DNA of 64,000 nt from Minisyncoccota bacterium (GTDB lineage Bacteria; Patescibacteriota; Minisyncoccia; Phycocordibacterales; DATDWN01). A program made the position numbers and the translations under genes. The DNA is taken from the NCBI GenBank assembly GCA_041658985.1, contig JBAZZC010000002.1, positions 17,120-81,119 of the forward strand. Reading direction: 5' to 3'. Under the pieces are notes generated by a model. It saw nothing but the letters and a program-made list of their open reading frames with translations. It did not search any database and was not told where the DNA came from. This document shows positions 25,328-34,801 of the stretch, piece after piece. Positions within the stretch are counted from its first letter, which is position 1. Each line of letters starts with the position of its first letter.

Positions 25328-27181
25328 ATGGACATTATGAACGCTAATGAAATTAGGCAGAAATTTCTACAATTTTTTAAAGATAGGGGACACGCGGTTA
25401 TACCGTCAGCTTCCTTAGTACCAGAAAATGATTCAACGACTCTTTTTACTGGTTCTGGCATGCAACCTATGGTTCCATACTTACTTGGTGAAAAGCATCC
25501 ATCAGGAAATCGGATTGTTGATTCCCAAAAATCTTTTAGAACCGTTGATATAGAGGAAGTTGGTGATAATCGTCACACTACATTTTTTGAGATGCTTGGC
25601 AACTGGTCTCTTGGTGATTATTATAAAAAAGAGCAAATAAGCTGGATGTTTCAATTTTTAACGGAAGAGCTGAAGCTTGACCCTAATAGGTTATATATCA
25701 CAGTTTTTATTGGTGATGAAAAAAACAATATACCAAAGGATATAGAATCTGCTGAGTTGTGGAGACAATTGTTTTCTGTAAAAAATATTGATGCCAAAGA
25801 GATAGAAATAGGTAGCGAGCAGAATGGTTATAAAATTGGTATGCAAAATGGCCGGATTTTTTATTATGACGCAAAGAAAAACTGGTGGAGTAGGTCTGGT
25901 GTACCAGAAAACATGCCTGGGGGAGAGCCTGGAGGACCAGATTCCGAAATGTTTTATGATTTTGGGACCCCTCATGACCAAAAATTTGGTGAAAACTGTC
26001 ATCCCAATTGTGATTGCGGAAGGTTTATAGAAATTGGGAATAATGTGTTTATGGAATATAAGAAAAACTCTGATGGTACATTTTCAAAACTTCCACAACA
26101 AAACGTTGATTTTGGTGGTGGGCTTGAAAGATTGGCTATGGCGGTAAATAATCAACCAGACATTTTTGGGGCTAATCATAGAACCATTTTAAACTTTATT
26201 GAAACTGCTTCTGAAAAGACATATGGAACAAGTTATGAAGAAATTAAAGCCTTTAGAATAATTGCTGACCACATGAAAGCCTCTACTTTTCTTATCGCCG
26301 ATGGAATATTTCCTTCTAATACAGACCGGGGATATTTTGTTCGTCGTCTGATACGACGTAGTGTGCGTTATGCAGATTCGCTCGGGATAAAAGAAAGTGT
26401 TTTGTCTGGGATAGTTGGGGTGATAGCAGAGGAATACAAAGAGTCATATTCTGAAGTATTAAAAAATAAGGACAAAATTGAAAACATCATAAAGGATGAA
26501 GAAAAAAAATTTAGAGAAACTTTGACTAAAGGTCTCAAGGAGTTTAAAAAAGGGGTTAGTCCTTTTATTCTGTTTACAACGTATGGTTTTCCACTTGAAA
26601 TGACAATGGAATTAGCTGCTGAGCAAGGAATAAAAATTGATGAGAAGGGTTTTAATGAGGAGTTCAAAAAACACCAAGAGCTCTCTCACACTGCTTCAGC
26701 TGGGATGTTTAAGGGTGGGCTTGCAGATGGAGGAGAGGAGACAAAAAAATTACACACAGCCACACACTTATTACGGCAGGCACTTGAGGATGTCTTGAAA
26801 GAAAAGATTGAACAAAAAGGTAGTAATATAACAGCCGAAAGATTAAGATTTGATTTTACATTTAGTAGAAAATTGACCGAAGATGAAAAAACTGAAGTTG
26901 AAGGTACTGTAAACAGTAAGATAAGAGAAAATCTGAAGGTAAACAAAATAATCTTAACCAAAGAAGAAGCAGAAAAAACTGGAGCAGTCCATGCCTTTGG
27001 GGACAAATATGGTGACGAGGTTAGTGTGTATTATGTGGGAGACTCATTGGAAAGTGCCTACTCCAAAGAATTTTGTGGTGGTCCGCACGTAGAAAAAACC
27101 GGAGAATTAGGACATTTCAAAATTATTAAAGAGGAAGCAGTTTCGGCAGGTGTACGACGAATAAAAGCGATACTCAAGTAA
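25328..27181 (+). CDS. alaS: Alanyl-tRNA synthetase, short form (catalytic plus editing domains; no C-Ala domain).
   Basis: FTGSGMQPMVPYLLG, GNWSLGDYYK; editing-domain HTATHLL and CGGPHV motifs; only 617 aa. Confidence 0.85.
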   Translation: MDIMNANEIRQKFLQFFKDRGHAVIPSASLVPENDSTTLFTGSGMQPMVPYLLGEKHPSGNRIVDSQKSFRTVDIEEVGDNRHTTFFEMLGNWSLGDYYKKEQISWMFQFLTEELKLDPNRLYITVFIGDEKNNIPKDIESAELWRQLFSVKNIDAKEIEIGSEQNGYKIGMQNGRIFYYDAKKNWWSRSGVPENMPGGEPGGPDSEMFYDFGTPHDQKFGENCHPNCDCGRFIEIGNNVFMEYKKNSDGTFSKLPQQNVDFGGGLERLAMAVNNQPDIFGANHRTILNFIETASEKTYGTSYEEIKAFRIIADHMKASTFLIADGIFPSNTDRGYFVRRLIRRSVRYADSLGIKESVLSGIVGVIAEEYKESYSEVLKNKDKIENIIKDEEKKFRETLTKGLKEFKKGVSPFILFTTYGFPLEMTMELAAEQGIKIDEKGFNEEFKKHQELSHTASAGMFKGGLADGGEETKKLHTATHLLRQALEDVLKEKIEQKGSNITAERLRFDFTFSRKLTEDEKTEVEGTVNSKIRENLKVNKIILTKEEAEKTGAVHAFGDKYGDEVSVYYVGDSLESAYSKEFCGGPHVEKTGELGHFKIIKEEAVSAGVRRIKAILK

Positions 27182-27185
27182 ATAT

Positions 27186-28514
27186 ATGATTTCCGACTAT
27201 ATATTTTTAATATCACTTAGTATTATAGTTTTACTTGGTTTGTTTATTTTCTTCACCAGATACTTTAATTTATCTCTAAAGAACAAAATAAATTATTTTA
27301 GTGTTTTATATCATTCTATCAAGGATAAAAAGGATGTGTCCCTTTTGATTGATATTGATAATGGAAGTATAAACATTGCCATTGTTTCTTTTGTCAAAAA
27401 TCAGGTACCCGAATTTCTGTATAGTGTAAACACTTCATTTGTAAAAGGAAAATTAGATACTTCAGAATTATCCAACAAAATAAATCTATTATTAGATTCA
27501 TTATTAAAAGTTGCGATAAAAGAAGGCTCAAATAATAGTCGTTGGAAAAACAAAAATAAAAAATTTTCTCGTGTAGTAATTTCTCTTTCTTCACCCTGGC
27601 TTACATTAAAACAAAAAAATATTCATCTGTCTAAAGATATACCTTTTATTATTACGAAAAAATTTATAGACAATATTACCTCAAACGAAGAAAAATTATT
27701 CAAAAAAGAATTGTTAAAAGATTTTTCTGTAAAAGAATATGGCCAATTTGAGATTATTGAAAAGAGTATTATTCACGCCAAAATTAACGGCTACACTATT
27801 GATGATGTTATTAATAAAAAGACCAAAAATCTAGACGCTTATCTATATATGTCAGCTATTTCCCAGAAAATTGAAGAAAACATATCAGATATTGTACTAA
27901 AACATACACATATTTCGAAAGAGAATATTTTAATACATAGTTTTCCTTTAGTTCTGTTTTCAACAGTCAGGGATAATTTTATGGGAAATTCGGATTTTAT
28001 TATCATAAATATCAATTCTGAAGTCACTGACATTATTTTGGTTAATGACCATATTATTAAATCGACAACGTCTTTTCCTTTTGGTAAGAACACTATTATT
28101 CGTCAAATTGCGAAATCTTTTAAAGTCTCTATGGAGATAGCCCAGTCTGAACTTAATATGTATTTATCAAAAAAGATAGATAACAATATTTATGTATCAA
28201 TACAATCCTTAATGGAAGACTTAGAAAAAGAATGGTCAATTTATTTTGAGGATGCTTTACTCACTCTTTCCCCCAACATGATTCTTCCCAAAAAGATTTT
28301 TATGACGACGGATGCCGAAGTTTCTTCTATTTTTATGGATTTTCTAAAACCGTCAAGGTCTGATGCTACATTCGGTTTCAGAAAGAGCATTGAAGTTGTT
28401 CATGTAGATGAAACAACTCTTTCTAGTTCCTATCAAAATAATTTTAAGATACCGATTAGTGAGTCAACGATTATTTTGGCCATTTTTCATAATAAATTGA
28501 TTCAGAATCAATAA
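27186..28514 (+). CDS. Membrane-anchored protein with an actin-like ATPase fold (PilM/FtsA-like).
   Basis: N-terminal TM helix. LLIDIDNGSINIAIVSF and IININSEVTDIILVND resemble the two phosphate-binding segments of PilM/FtsA. Confidence 0.35.
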   Translation: MISDYIFLISLSIIVLLGLFIFFTRYFNLSLKNKINYFSVLYHSIKDKKDVSLLIDIDNGSINIAIVSFVKNQVPEFLYSVNTSFVKGKLDTSELSNKINLLLDSLLKVAIKEGSNNSRWKNKNKKFSRVVISLSSPWLTLKQKNIHLSKDIPFIITKKFIDNITSNEEKLFKKELLKDFSVKEYGQFEIIEKSIIHAKINGYTIDDVINKKTKNLDAYLYMSAISQKIEENISDIVLKHTHISKENILIHSFPLVLFSTVRDNFMGNSDFIIININSEVTDIILVNDHIIKSTTSFPFGKNTIIRQIAKSFKVSMEIAQSELNMYLSKKIDNNIYVSIQSLMEDLEKEWSIYFEDALLTLSPNMILPKKIFMTTDAEVSSIFMDFLKPSRSDATFGFRKSIEVVHVDETTLSSSYQNNFKIPISESTIILAIFHNKLIQNQ

Positions 28515-28535
28515 GGCACTTTGTGAACACATTTT

Positions 28536-28669
28536 ATCCGCACACTAACTTTAGTATTATCTCTCCGGTTGCTTCTATGGTTGGTTAGATAAAGTAACAG
28601 TAAAAAATAAGTGTGAATAGTAAATCTGTGTTTGACATAATGCAACGATATTAAAGTTAGTGTGCGGAT
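28536..28669 (+). repeat. Family A element A4 (variant arms ATCCGCACACTAACTTTAGTAT / ATATTAAAGTTAGTGTGCGGAT).
   Basis: Terminal inverted repeats with compensating changes on both arms relative to A2/A3. Confidence 0.65.
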
Positions 28670-28711
28670 GAATTTGCATAAACAAACTCATTTACGTTAC
28701 AATAAGGAGGA

Positions 28712-28820
28712 AATGAATCCCGTACGAAGTTTATGTATTATCGTTGTAATGGGATGAATGTTTAATTATTAACTAATTTAAGTATAAGGTGTACATAACA
28801 CATTTACTTCGTACGGGATG
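28712..28820 (+). promoter_or_regulatory. Family B leader, copy B1: AAGGAGG SD, a 14-codon uORF (MNPVRSLCIIVVMG, 28713-28757), and a long hairpin whose 3' arm (acttcgtacgggAUGa) contains the start codon of the gene at 28818.
   Basis: 14-bp perfect complementarity between uORF codons 2-6 (AAUCCCGUACGAAGU) and the region including the downstream AUG. Confidence 0.55.
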
Positions 28821-30197
28821 AAAAAAAAGATTGTTCAAGATGTTATTCCTCCTAAAAAAACTATTCGCAATGTAGAATTGTTGTATAGAGCAAAACGTTC
28901 CGAGAAAATACCCAAAGAGGTAGTAAAACAAAATATTCCAGTTATACCAGAAGTTTCCGAATCAAATTCAACATCAAACACCGAAACCTTTTCCGAAACT
29001 GAAAATTTTTCTTATAAATATGAGTACGATGAACCGGTAAGACATTCAAAAAAAATCTTGTATGTTTCTGTTGTCTTGTTTGTCCTGGCCTTATCTTTTG
29101 GTATATCAGCATTATTTAAAAGTGCAGAAATACGCATTATACCCAGGAGTGAGATTAGCTCTATAGATGAGAATTTTAAAGCCCTAAAAAATCTTTCGAC
29201 AAACGGCTTAGGTTTTCAGACCGTGACAACCACAAAAGATATTGAAAAGACAGTATCGGCAACAGACGAAGAACAAGTTGAAAAGAAGGCCATTGGCAAA
29301 ATTGTTGTTTATAATAATTATAGTGTTCAACCACAGGCACTAGTAAAGACAACAAGATTTGAAACCCCAGATGGGCTTGTCTTTCGGACAGTAGAGGACA
29401 TAACTGTCCCGGGGATACAAATCAAGAGTGATAAGGCTGTTGCTGGAAGCATAGAGGTTGGAGTAGAAGCAGATAAGCCCGGACCAAAATATAATATTGG
29501 GTTGAAAGATTTTTCTATTGCCGGTTTCAAGGGTACTCCAAAATATACAAAGATTTATGGTAGGTCAAGAACAGAAATGTCTGGCGGTTTTGTGGGAACA
29601 CAAAAGACCGTAAGTAAGGAAACTATAAATAAAATTGATGAAGAAATAAAGGAACTTCTAAAAACTTCTCTTTCAAAAGATATTATTTCGCAGATACCAG
29701 AAAATTTTGTGTTATACCAAAACAGTACTTCCTTTAAATTTGAACCAATTACTCAAATCAATGTCACCACAGAGGAGAGTGGTACTACAAACACAATAAT
29801 TTTAAAGAAAAAAGGTTCTATAAGTGCCATTATCTTTGATAAAGGTTCTCTTTCTAGGGCAATAGTTAGTAAGATTTTACCTGATGTGGCAAGTGATATA
29901 ATTAAAATAACCAATCTTGAGAGTTTAAATTTTACTTTTCAATCAGAAACTCAATTTAATCCAAATACTGATACTTTTCTTAATTTTAACCTAAAAGGAG
30001 AAGCTAATTTCCAATGGGTTTTTGACGAAAATAAACTCAAATTTGAGCTCTTAGGAATGTCAAAAAATAATGCAATAACTATAATCAGTAAATACGACAC
30101 AATAAAAGAAGCAAAAATTGAAACCCATCCTTTCTGGAATAAGACCATTCCAAAAGATTCTAATAAAGTTACACTTATAAACACTCTGGCAAAATAA
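28818..30197 (+). CDS. Hypothetical secreted/membrane-anchored protein, 459 aa.
   Basis: ORF with a TM helix near residues 80-100; no recognised motif. Confidence 0.4.
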   Translation: MKKKIVQDVIPPKKTIRNVELLYRAKRSEKIPKEVVKQNIPVIPEVSESNSTSNTETFSETENFSYKYEYDEPVRHSKKILYVSVVLFVLALSFGISALFKSAEIRIIPRSEISSIDENFKALKNLSTNGLGFQTVTTTKDIEKTVSATDEEQVEKKAIGKIVVYNNYSVQPQALVKTTRFETPDGLVFRTVEDITVPGIQIKSDKAVAGSIEVGVEADKPGPKYNIGLKDFSIAGFKGTPKYTKIYGRSRTEMSGGFVGTQKTVSKETINKIDEEIKELLKTSLSKDIISQIPENFVLYQNSTSFKFEPITQINVTTEESGTTNTIILKKKGSISAIIFDKGSLSRAIVSKILPDVASDIIKITNLESLNFTFQSETQFNPNTDTFLNFNLKGEANFQWVFDENKLKFELLGMSKNNAITIISKYDTIKEAKIETHPFWNKTIPKDSNKVTLINTLAK

Positions 30198-30209
30198 ATT
30201 AAAAATTTT

Positions 30210-30758
30210 ATGGCATATGTCTCCAGGGCGGGTGATAAGCTAGAACACATTCTAGTTTTGACTGGTTTTAATTTGGCGGTCTGTGCTGACTTTGGTTCAA
30301 GCACTGGCGGGTTTGTTGATTGTTTGCTGGAACATGGAGCCAAAAAAGTTTATGCGGTGGAAACCGGTTATGGTCTTTTGGACTGGAAATTGCGTACAAA
30401 TAAAAATGTAGTGGTTATGGAAAAAAAGAATGCTATGCACATTGTTCTTCCCGAAAAAGTGGACCTTATCACTATTGATACAAGTTGGACGAAATTGGCT
30501 AAAATTATCCCGAACGCCTTAGCTAACCTAGGAGAGAGTGGTCATATAATTGCTTTGATTAAACCACATTATGAGGCTGAAAAATATATGTTGTACCACG
30601 GAAAACTCAAGGAAGAATTTGTTTCAAACATCTTGGGTGATGTAATGGAGAAATTAAAGCAGTTTCAGTTAGAGGTCCTTTTTGAGACGGAATCGCCTAT
30701 TTTGGGAGAAAAGGGAAAAAATAGAGAATTCTTGGTTCTTATGAGAAGGCGGGGTTGA
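30210..30758 (+). CDS. tlyA: TlyA-family rRNA 2'-O-methyltransferase (FtsJ-like, no S4 domain).
   Basis: RAGDKLEHIL...ADFGSSTGGFVDCLLEHGAKKVYAVETGYGLLDWKLR. Confidence 0.75.
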   Translation: MAYVSRAGDKLEHILVLTGFNLAVCADFGSSTGGFVDCLLEHGAKKVYAVETGYGLLDWKLRTNKNVVVMEKKNAMHIVLPEKVDLITIDTSWTKLAKIIPNALANLGESGHIIALIKPHYEAEKYMLYHGKLKEEFVSNILGDVMEKLKQFQLEVLFETESPILGEKGKNREFLVLMRRRG

Positions 30759-30799
30759 CGAAATAGCCAATGTTCTGCTACTATGTAGCTCGTTGATTA

Positions 30800-30937
30800 A
30801 TCCGAACACCAACTTTAGTATTGTGTCTTCCGTTGCTTCTTTTTATAAGTAATTAGCGGATTCAGTCAAGGTATAGATTTGGTTAGTAAATCTATATTTT
30901 GGACACAGTGCAACGATACTAAAGTTGGTGTTCGGAT
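30800..30937 (+). repeat. Family A element A5 (variant arms ATCCGAACACCAACTTTAGTAT / ATACTAAAGTTGGTGTTCGGAT); ends 9 nt before the infA ATG.
   Basis: Terminal inverted repeats with double compensatory changes. Confidence 0.65.
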
Positions 30938-30946
30938 AAAATTGTA

Positions 30947-31168
30947 ATGCAAGACAAAAATAAAAAAGATACTAGTACATCTGGGGTGGTTGTTGAATCC
31001 TTACCTAACGCTTTTTTTAAGGTAAGGAGGGATGATACTGGAGAAGAGTTATTGACCTATCTTTCCGGTAAAATGAGGCTTCACAGGATTAGGGTCTTGA
31101 TAGGAGACAAGGTAATAGTTGAGATAGATCCTTATGGAGGTAAGGGGAGGATAGTCAAAAGAGTTTAA
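30947..31168 (+). CDS. infA: Translation initiation factor IF-1.
   Basis: GVVVESLPNAFFKVRRDDTGEELLTYLSGKMRLHRIRVLIGDKVIVEIDPYGGKGRIVKR. Confidence 0.9.
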   Translation: MQDKNKKDTSTSGVVVESLPNAFFKVRRDDTGEELLTYLSGKMRLHRIRVLIGDKVIVEIDPYGGKGRIVKRV

Positions 31169-31171
31169 CAA

Positions 31172-31279
31172 AATGAATCCCGTACGAAGTTTATGTATAT
31201 AGTCGTAAAGGGATAGGGGTTTAATTATTAGTTAATTCAAGTATAGAGTGTAGAAACACATTTACTTCGTAACGGGATG
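31172..31279 (+). promoter_or_regulatory. Family B leader, copy B2: a 9-codon uORF (MNPVRSLCI, 31173-31202) begins 5 nt after the infA stop. The hairpin 3' arm (acttcgtaacgggAUGa) contains the rpmJ start codon.
   Basis: Same architecture and near-identical sequence to B1. Confidence 0.55.
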
Positions 31280-31393
31280 AAAGTAAAATCATCAGTAAAA
31301 AAGATTTGTTCCCAGTGTAAAGTAGTCCGCAGAAAGGGCTATGTGTATGTAATATGTAAGGCTAACGCTCGACACAAACAGCGTCAAGGATAG
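31277..31393 (+). CDS. rpmJ: Ribosomal protein L36 (not in the supplied ORF track).
   Basis: [38 protein letters not shown], 38 aa. Confidence 0.85.
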   Translation: MKVKSSVKKICSQCKVVRRKGYVYVICKANARHKQRQG

Positions 31394-31467
31394 ACAAACT
31401 AGGGACTAGTTTCTAGGTTTTAGAAAAAACCTAAAGACTAGAACCTAACAACTAATCACTAATTTAT

Positions 31468-31845
31468 ATGAGAATATTAGGAATAACATTACCAGAAGAA
31501 AAACGTATAGAGATTGGTTTGACTGTTCTTTTTGGCGTTGGTCGTTCTCGGGCACACACCATACTTGATTTAGCCAAAGTAAATTATGGTTTAAAACCAA
31601 AAGAAATTACTGTTGAGCAAGAAAATGCTATTAGAAAAATTGTTGAAAGCTTAAAAATAGAGGGTGATTTAAGACGAGAAGTTGCGGGTAATATTAAAAG
31701 ATTAAAGGATATTAAATCCTATAGAGGTAGTCGTCATTCAAAAAATTTACCAACCAGAGGCCAGCGTACCAAAACAAACGCTCGAACAAAAAGAGGAGCA
31801 AAGAAGACTATGGGTACTGGAAGAAAAATAGCTGAGAAAAAATAA
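31468..31845 (+). CDS. rpsM: Ribosomal protein S13.
   Basis: MRILGITLPEEKRIEIGLTVLFGVGRSRA... Confidence 0.9.
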   Translation: MRILGITLPEEKRIEIGLTVLFGVGRSRAHTILDLAKVNYGLKPKEITVEQENAIRKIVESLKIEGDLRREVAGNIKRLKDIKSYRGSRHSKNLPTRGQRTKTNARTKRGAKKTMGTGRKIAEKK

Positions 31846-31846
31846 C

Positions 31847-32278
31847 ATGGGTAAAAAACGCATAGTAAAAACAGAGGAAAGCAGTGAATCCGAGAAAAAA
31901 ACAGGGGTTGTTTCTACTGTTTCTAAAAGAAAGGTAGAATTAGGTTCTTTATATGTAGAATCAACCTACAATAATACAAAATTAGTTTTAACTGATGCCA
32001 AGGGAAATGTTCTAGGTACTTCTTCAAGTGGTTCAATTGGATTTAAAGGGGCTAAAAAAGGAACCCCTTTTGCCGCAGCGAAAGTAGGGGAGATTGTAGG
32101 AAGTAAGGCTTCTGCTATGGGAATGAAGGAGGTTAATGTTATTGTTAAGGGTGTAGGGTCTGGTCGCGAATCTGGTATAAGAGGTTTTATTTCAAAAGGT
32201 ATAAATATTTTATCAATCAAAGATGTGACCCCAGTACCACATAACGGGCCAAAACCAAAAAAACCACGCAGGGTATAG
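31847..32278 (+). CDS. rpsK: Ribosomal protein S11.
   Basis: ...TPFAAAKVGEIVGSKA...VKGVGSGRESGIRGF... Confidence 0.9.
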   Translation: MGKKRIVKTEESSESEKKTGVVSTVSKRKVELGSLYVESTYNNTKLVLTDAKGNVLGTSSSGSIGFKGAKKGTPFAAAKVGEIVGSKASAMGMKEVNVIVKGVGSGRESGIRGFISKGINILSIKDVTPVPHNGPKPKKPRRV

Positions 32279-32393
32279 GTGTTAGGTGCTAGTTGCTAGG
32301 TTATAGCTTCTAGGATAATACGAAAAATCAAAAAACATAAAAAATTAATAAAAATACTAATTACTAAAACCTAAAAACTAGTCACTAATTCAT

Positions 32394-33002
32394 ATGATAA
32401 TCGGACCAAAATATAAAATAGCAAGACGTTTAGGCGCACCAATTTTTGAGAAAACTCAAACTCAAAAATATACACTTCGCTTGGAACGTAAAGCTAAGAA
32501 ACGAGGATTTTCTAAAGCAAAATCGGAATATGGTTTTCAGATGAACGAAAAACAAAAAGCAAGGTTCACTTATGGTCTTTCAGAAAGACAATTTTCAAAC
32601 TATGTTAAAGAGGCTCTTCTAAAAAAGACTAGTAATGTTTCGCAAACAATTTTTGAATTTCTTGAGTTGAGATTGGATAATGTTCTTTATCGATTAGGTT
32701 TTTCTCCCACTCGTTCTGGTAGTCGCCAAATGGCTTCTCATGGTCACATTTTAGTTAATGGTAGAAGGGTTAATACACCTTCCAAACGTTTGATTATGGG
32801 AGATAAAATAGAAATAGCCAACCGGTCTCTTAATAAAAATATATTTGAGAATTTAGACCAAAAGACCAAAGAAACTGCGATTCCATCGTGGATAAAATTT
32901 GACCCAATAAAGAAAATAGCCGAAATTCAAGGAAAACCCTTAATGCTGAAAACCGAAAGTATGTTTGATTTAAATGCCGTAATAGAGTTTTATAGTCGTT
33001 AG
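32394..33002 (+). CDS. rpsD: Ribosomal protein S4.
   Basis: IGPKYKIARRLG...RLDNVLYRLGFSPTRSGSRQMASHGHILVNGRRVN. Confidence 0.9.
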   Translation: MIIGPKYKIARRLGAPIFEKTQTQKYTLRLERKAKKRGFSKAKSEYGFQMNEKQKARFTYGLSERQFSNYVKEALLKKTSNVSQTIFEFLELRLDNVLYRLGFSPTRSGSRQMASHGHILVNGRRVNTPSKRLIMGDKIEIANRSLNKNIFENLDQKTKETAIPSWIKFDPIKKIAEIQGKPLMLKTESMFDLNAVIEFYSR

Positions 33003-33089
33003 CAAATTTGATTTTTTTGAGAATATAGTGTATATTATTGTTCACATTTATTTCAATTTTATAAATTTTTAATTTTAAAACTTATTTTT

Positions 33090-34046
33090 ATGTCTGATTA
33101 TACAATCATATTACCTTCAAAACCTAGAATTATATCGGAAGTTAGGTTCGTCGGCTCATATGAAATTGATGGATTATATCCAGGCTATGGCCATACCCTA
33201 GGAAATTCTTTGAGACGCATAATTTTATCGTCTTTACCTGGTTTTGCTATAACGGCAGTTAAAATTGCCGGAGTCTCACATGAATTTTCAGTTGTTCCAA
33301 ACATGAAAGAAGATGTTATAACCATGCTTTTAAACTTGAAAATGATTCGTTTTTCTGCTTCTACCGATGAATCACAAACACTGATATTGAAAGTTAAAGG
33401 GACAAAGGTTGTAACTGCCGGTGATATTAAATTGCCTGGTGGAGTGGAGATTTCAAATCCAGAACAAATTATTGCCACACTGACAAATAAAAATGCCGAA
33501 CTTGATGTTGAGATTCTGATTGAAAAAGGATTGGGTTTTGTGTCCAAGGAAGTATTACAAAAAAATAGAGTAGATATTGGTCAGATAACCTTGGATGCTA
33601 TTTTTACACCAATAAAACGGGTAAGTTATGAGGTTGAGAATATGCGCATTGGAGACAGAACTGATTTTAATCGTCTGAAAATTTATATTGAAACGGATGG
33701 CACCCTAACACCAAAAGAGGCTCTTGAAAAATCAATTGAGACAATGATAAATCAATTAAAGGCCATAATTGGTTTTAAAGAAGAAGAGATAATAATTCCA
33801 ACGAGTCCACAGAAAACCAACAATAACGAAAAAACAGATGTTGATGATGATGTTTTAAAGACAAGAATTGAGACACTTAATCTTTCAGCAAGAACATTAA
33901 ATGCACTTTCAAACGCAAATATTAGAACGGTTGGTGGTCTTGCTCGAAAGAAAGAAAAAGATATTCTAGAGATTGAGGGGTTGGGGCAAAAAGCATTAAC
34001 AGAAATAAAAGAAGTTTTAGAGACGTTTGGTATTACGTTAAAGTAG
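33090..34046 (+). CDS. rpoA: DNA-directed RNA polymerase alpha subunit.
   Basis: GYGHTLGNSLRRIILSSLPGFAI...; the C-terminal domain has the helix-hairpin-helix. Confidence 0.9.
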   Translation: MSDYTIILPSKPRIISEVRFVGSYEIDGLYPGYGHTLGNSLRRIILSSLPGFAITAVKIAGVSHEFSVVPNMKEDVITMLLNLKMIRFSASTDESQTLILKVKGTKVVTAGDIKLPGGVEISNPEQIIATLTNKNAELDVEILIEKGLGFVSKEVLQKNRVDIGQITLDAIFTPIKRVSYEVENMRIGDRTDFNRLKIYIETDGTLTPKEALEKSIETMINQLKAIIGFKEEEIIIPTSPQKTNNNEKTDVDDDVLKTRIETLNLSARTLNALSNANIRTVGGLARKKEKDILEIEGLGQKALTEIKEVLETFGITLK

Positions 34047-34064
34047 ATAATCAGAGTTACTGTC

Positions 34065-34412
34065 ATGAATCATCATAAAAAAGCCAGAAAATTTGGACGA
34101 GTAAAAAAAGTAAGAGATGCCCTACTCAAATCTCTAGCTCTTTCCCTTGTTCTGAAGGGTAAAATCAAAACAACAGATGCAAAAGCCAGAGAACTTCGTC
34201 CGTTTGTGGAGAAGTTGGTGACATCAGGCAGGTCTAACAATGTGGCAACACGCAGGTCTCTAGTTGCAAAAATTGGCAGTATTGGGGCAAAGAAAATAAT
34301 TAGTGAATTGTCTCCAAAATATGCAAAAGTATCTGGAGGATACACAAGAATAACAAAGTTACCAGCAAGAGTAAGCGATGGTAGTCTAATGGCTGTAATC
34401 GAATTCGTATAA
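34065..34412 (+). CDS. rplQ: Ribosomal protein L17.
   Basis: HHKKARKFGRVKKVRDALLKSLALSLV... Confidence 0.85.
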   Translation: MNHHKKARKFGRVKKVRDALLKSLALSLVLKGKIKTTDAKARELRPFVEKLVTSGRSNNVATRRSLVAKIGSIGAKKIISELSPKYAKVSGGYTRITKLPARVSDGSLMAVIEFV

Positions 34413-34448
34413 CTTTATGGACTTTACAGACTTTTAACTTTAAGACTT

Positions 34449-34796
34449 ATGACAAAATACACACTAGATGCAGAAAACAAAAAAGTAGGAAGAATCGCCA
34501 CAAAAGCGGCAGAATATTTGATGGGTAAAAATTTACCTGATTTCAAACGCAACACAATTCCTTCTGTTCAGGTTGAAATAGTTAATACTTCAAAGGCTAT
34601 TATTGGCGAGAAAAAAATGAGTCAAAAAACGTATAGTAAATATTCGGGATATCCAGGAGGATTAAAACAACCAAACATGAAAGAAGTTATCTCAAAAAAA
34701 GGATATAGTGAAGTGTTTATAGAAGCGATATCAGGAATGCTTCCTAAAAATAAGTTGAGAGCACCGATGCTTAAAAATTTGATAGTAAAAGAATAA
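34449..34796 (+). CDS. rplM: Ribosomal protein L13.
   Basis: LDAENKKVGRIATKAAEYLMGKN... Confidence 0.85.
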   Translation: MTKYTLDAENKKVGRIATKAAEYLMGKNLPDFKRNTIPSVQVEIVNTSKAIIGEKKMSQKTYSKYSGYPGGLKQPNMKEVISKKGYSEVFIEAISGMLPKNKLRAPMLKNLIVKE

Positions 34797-34801
34797 ATAA
34801 A

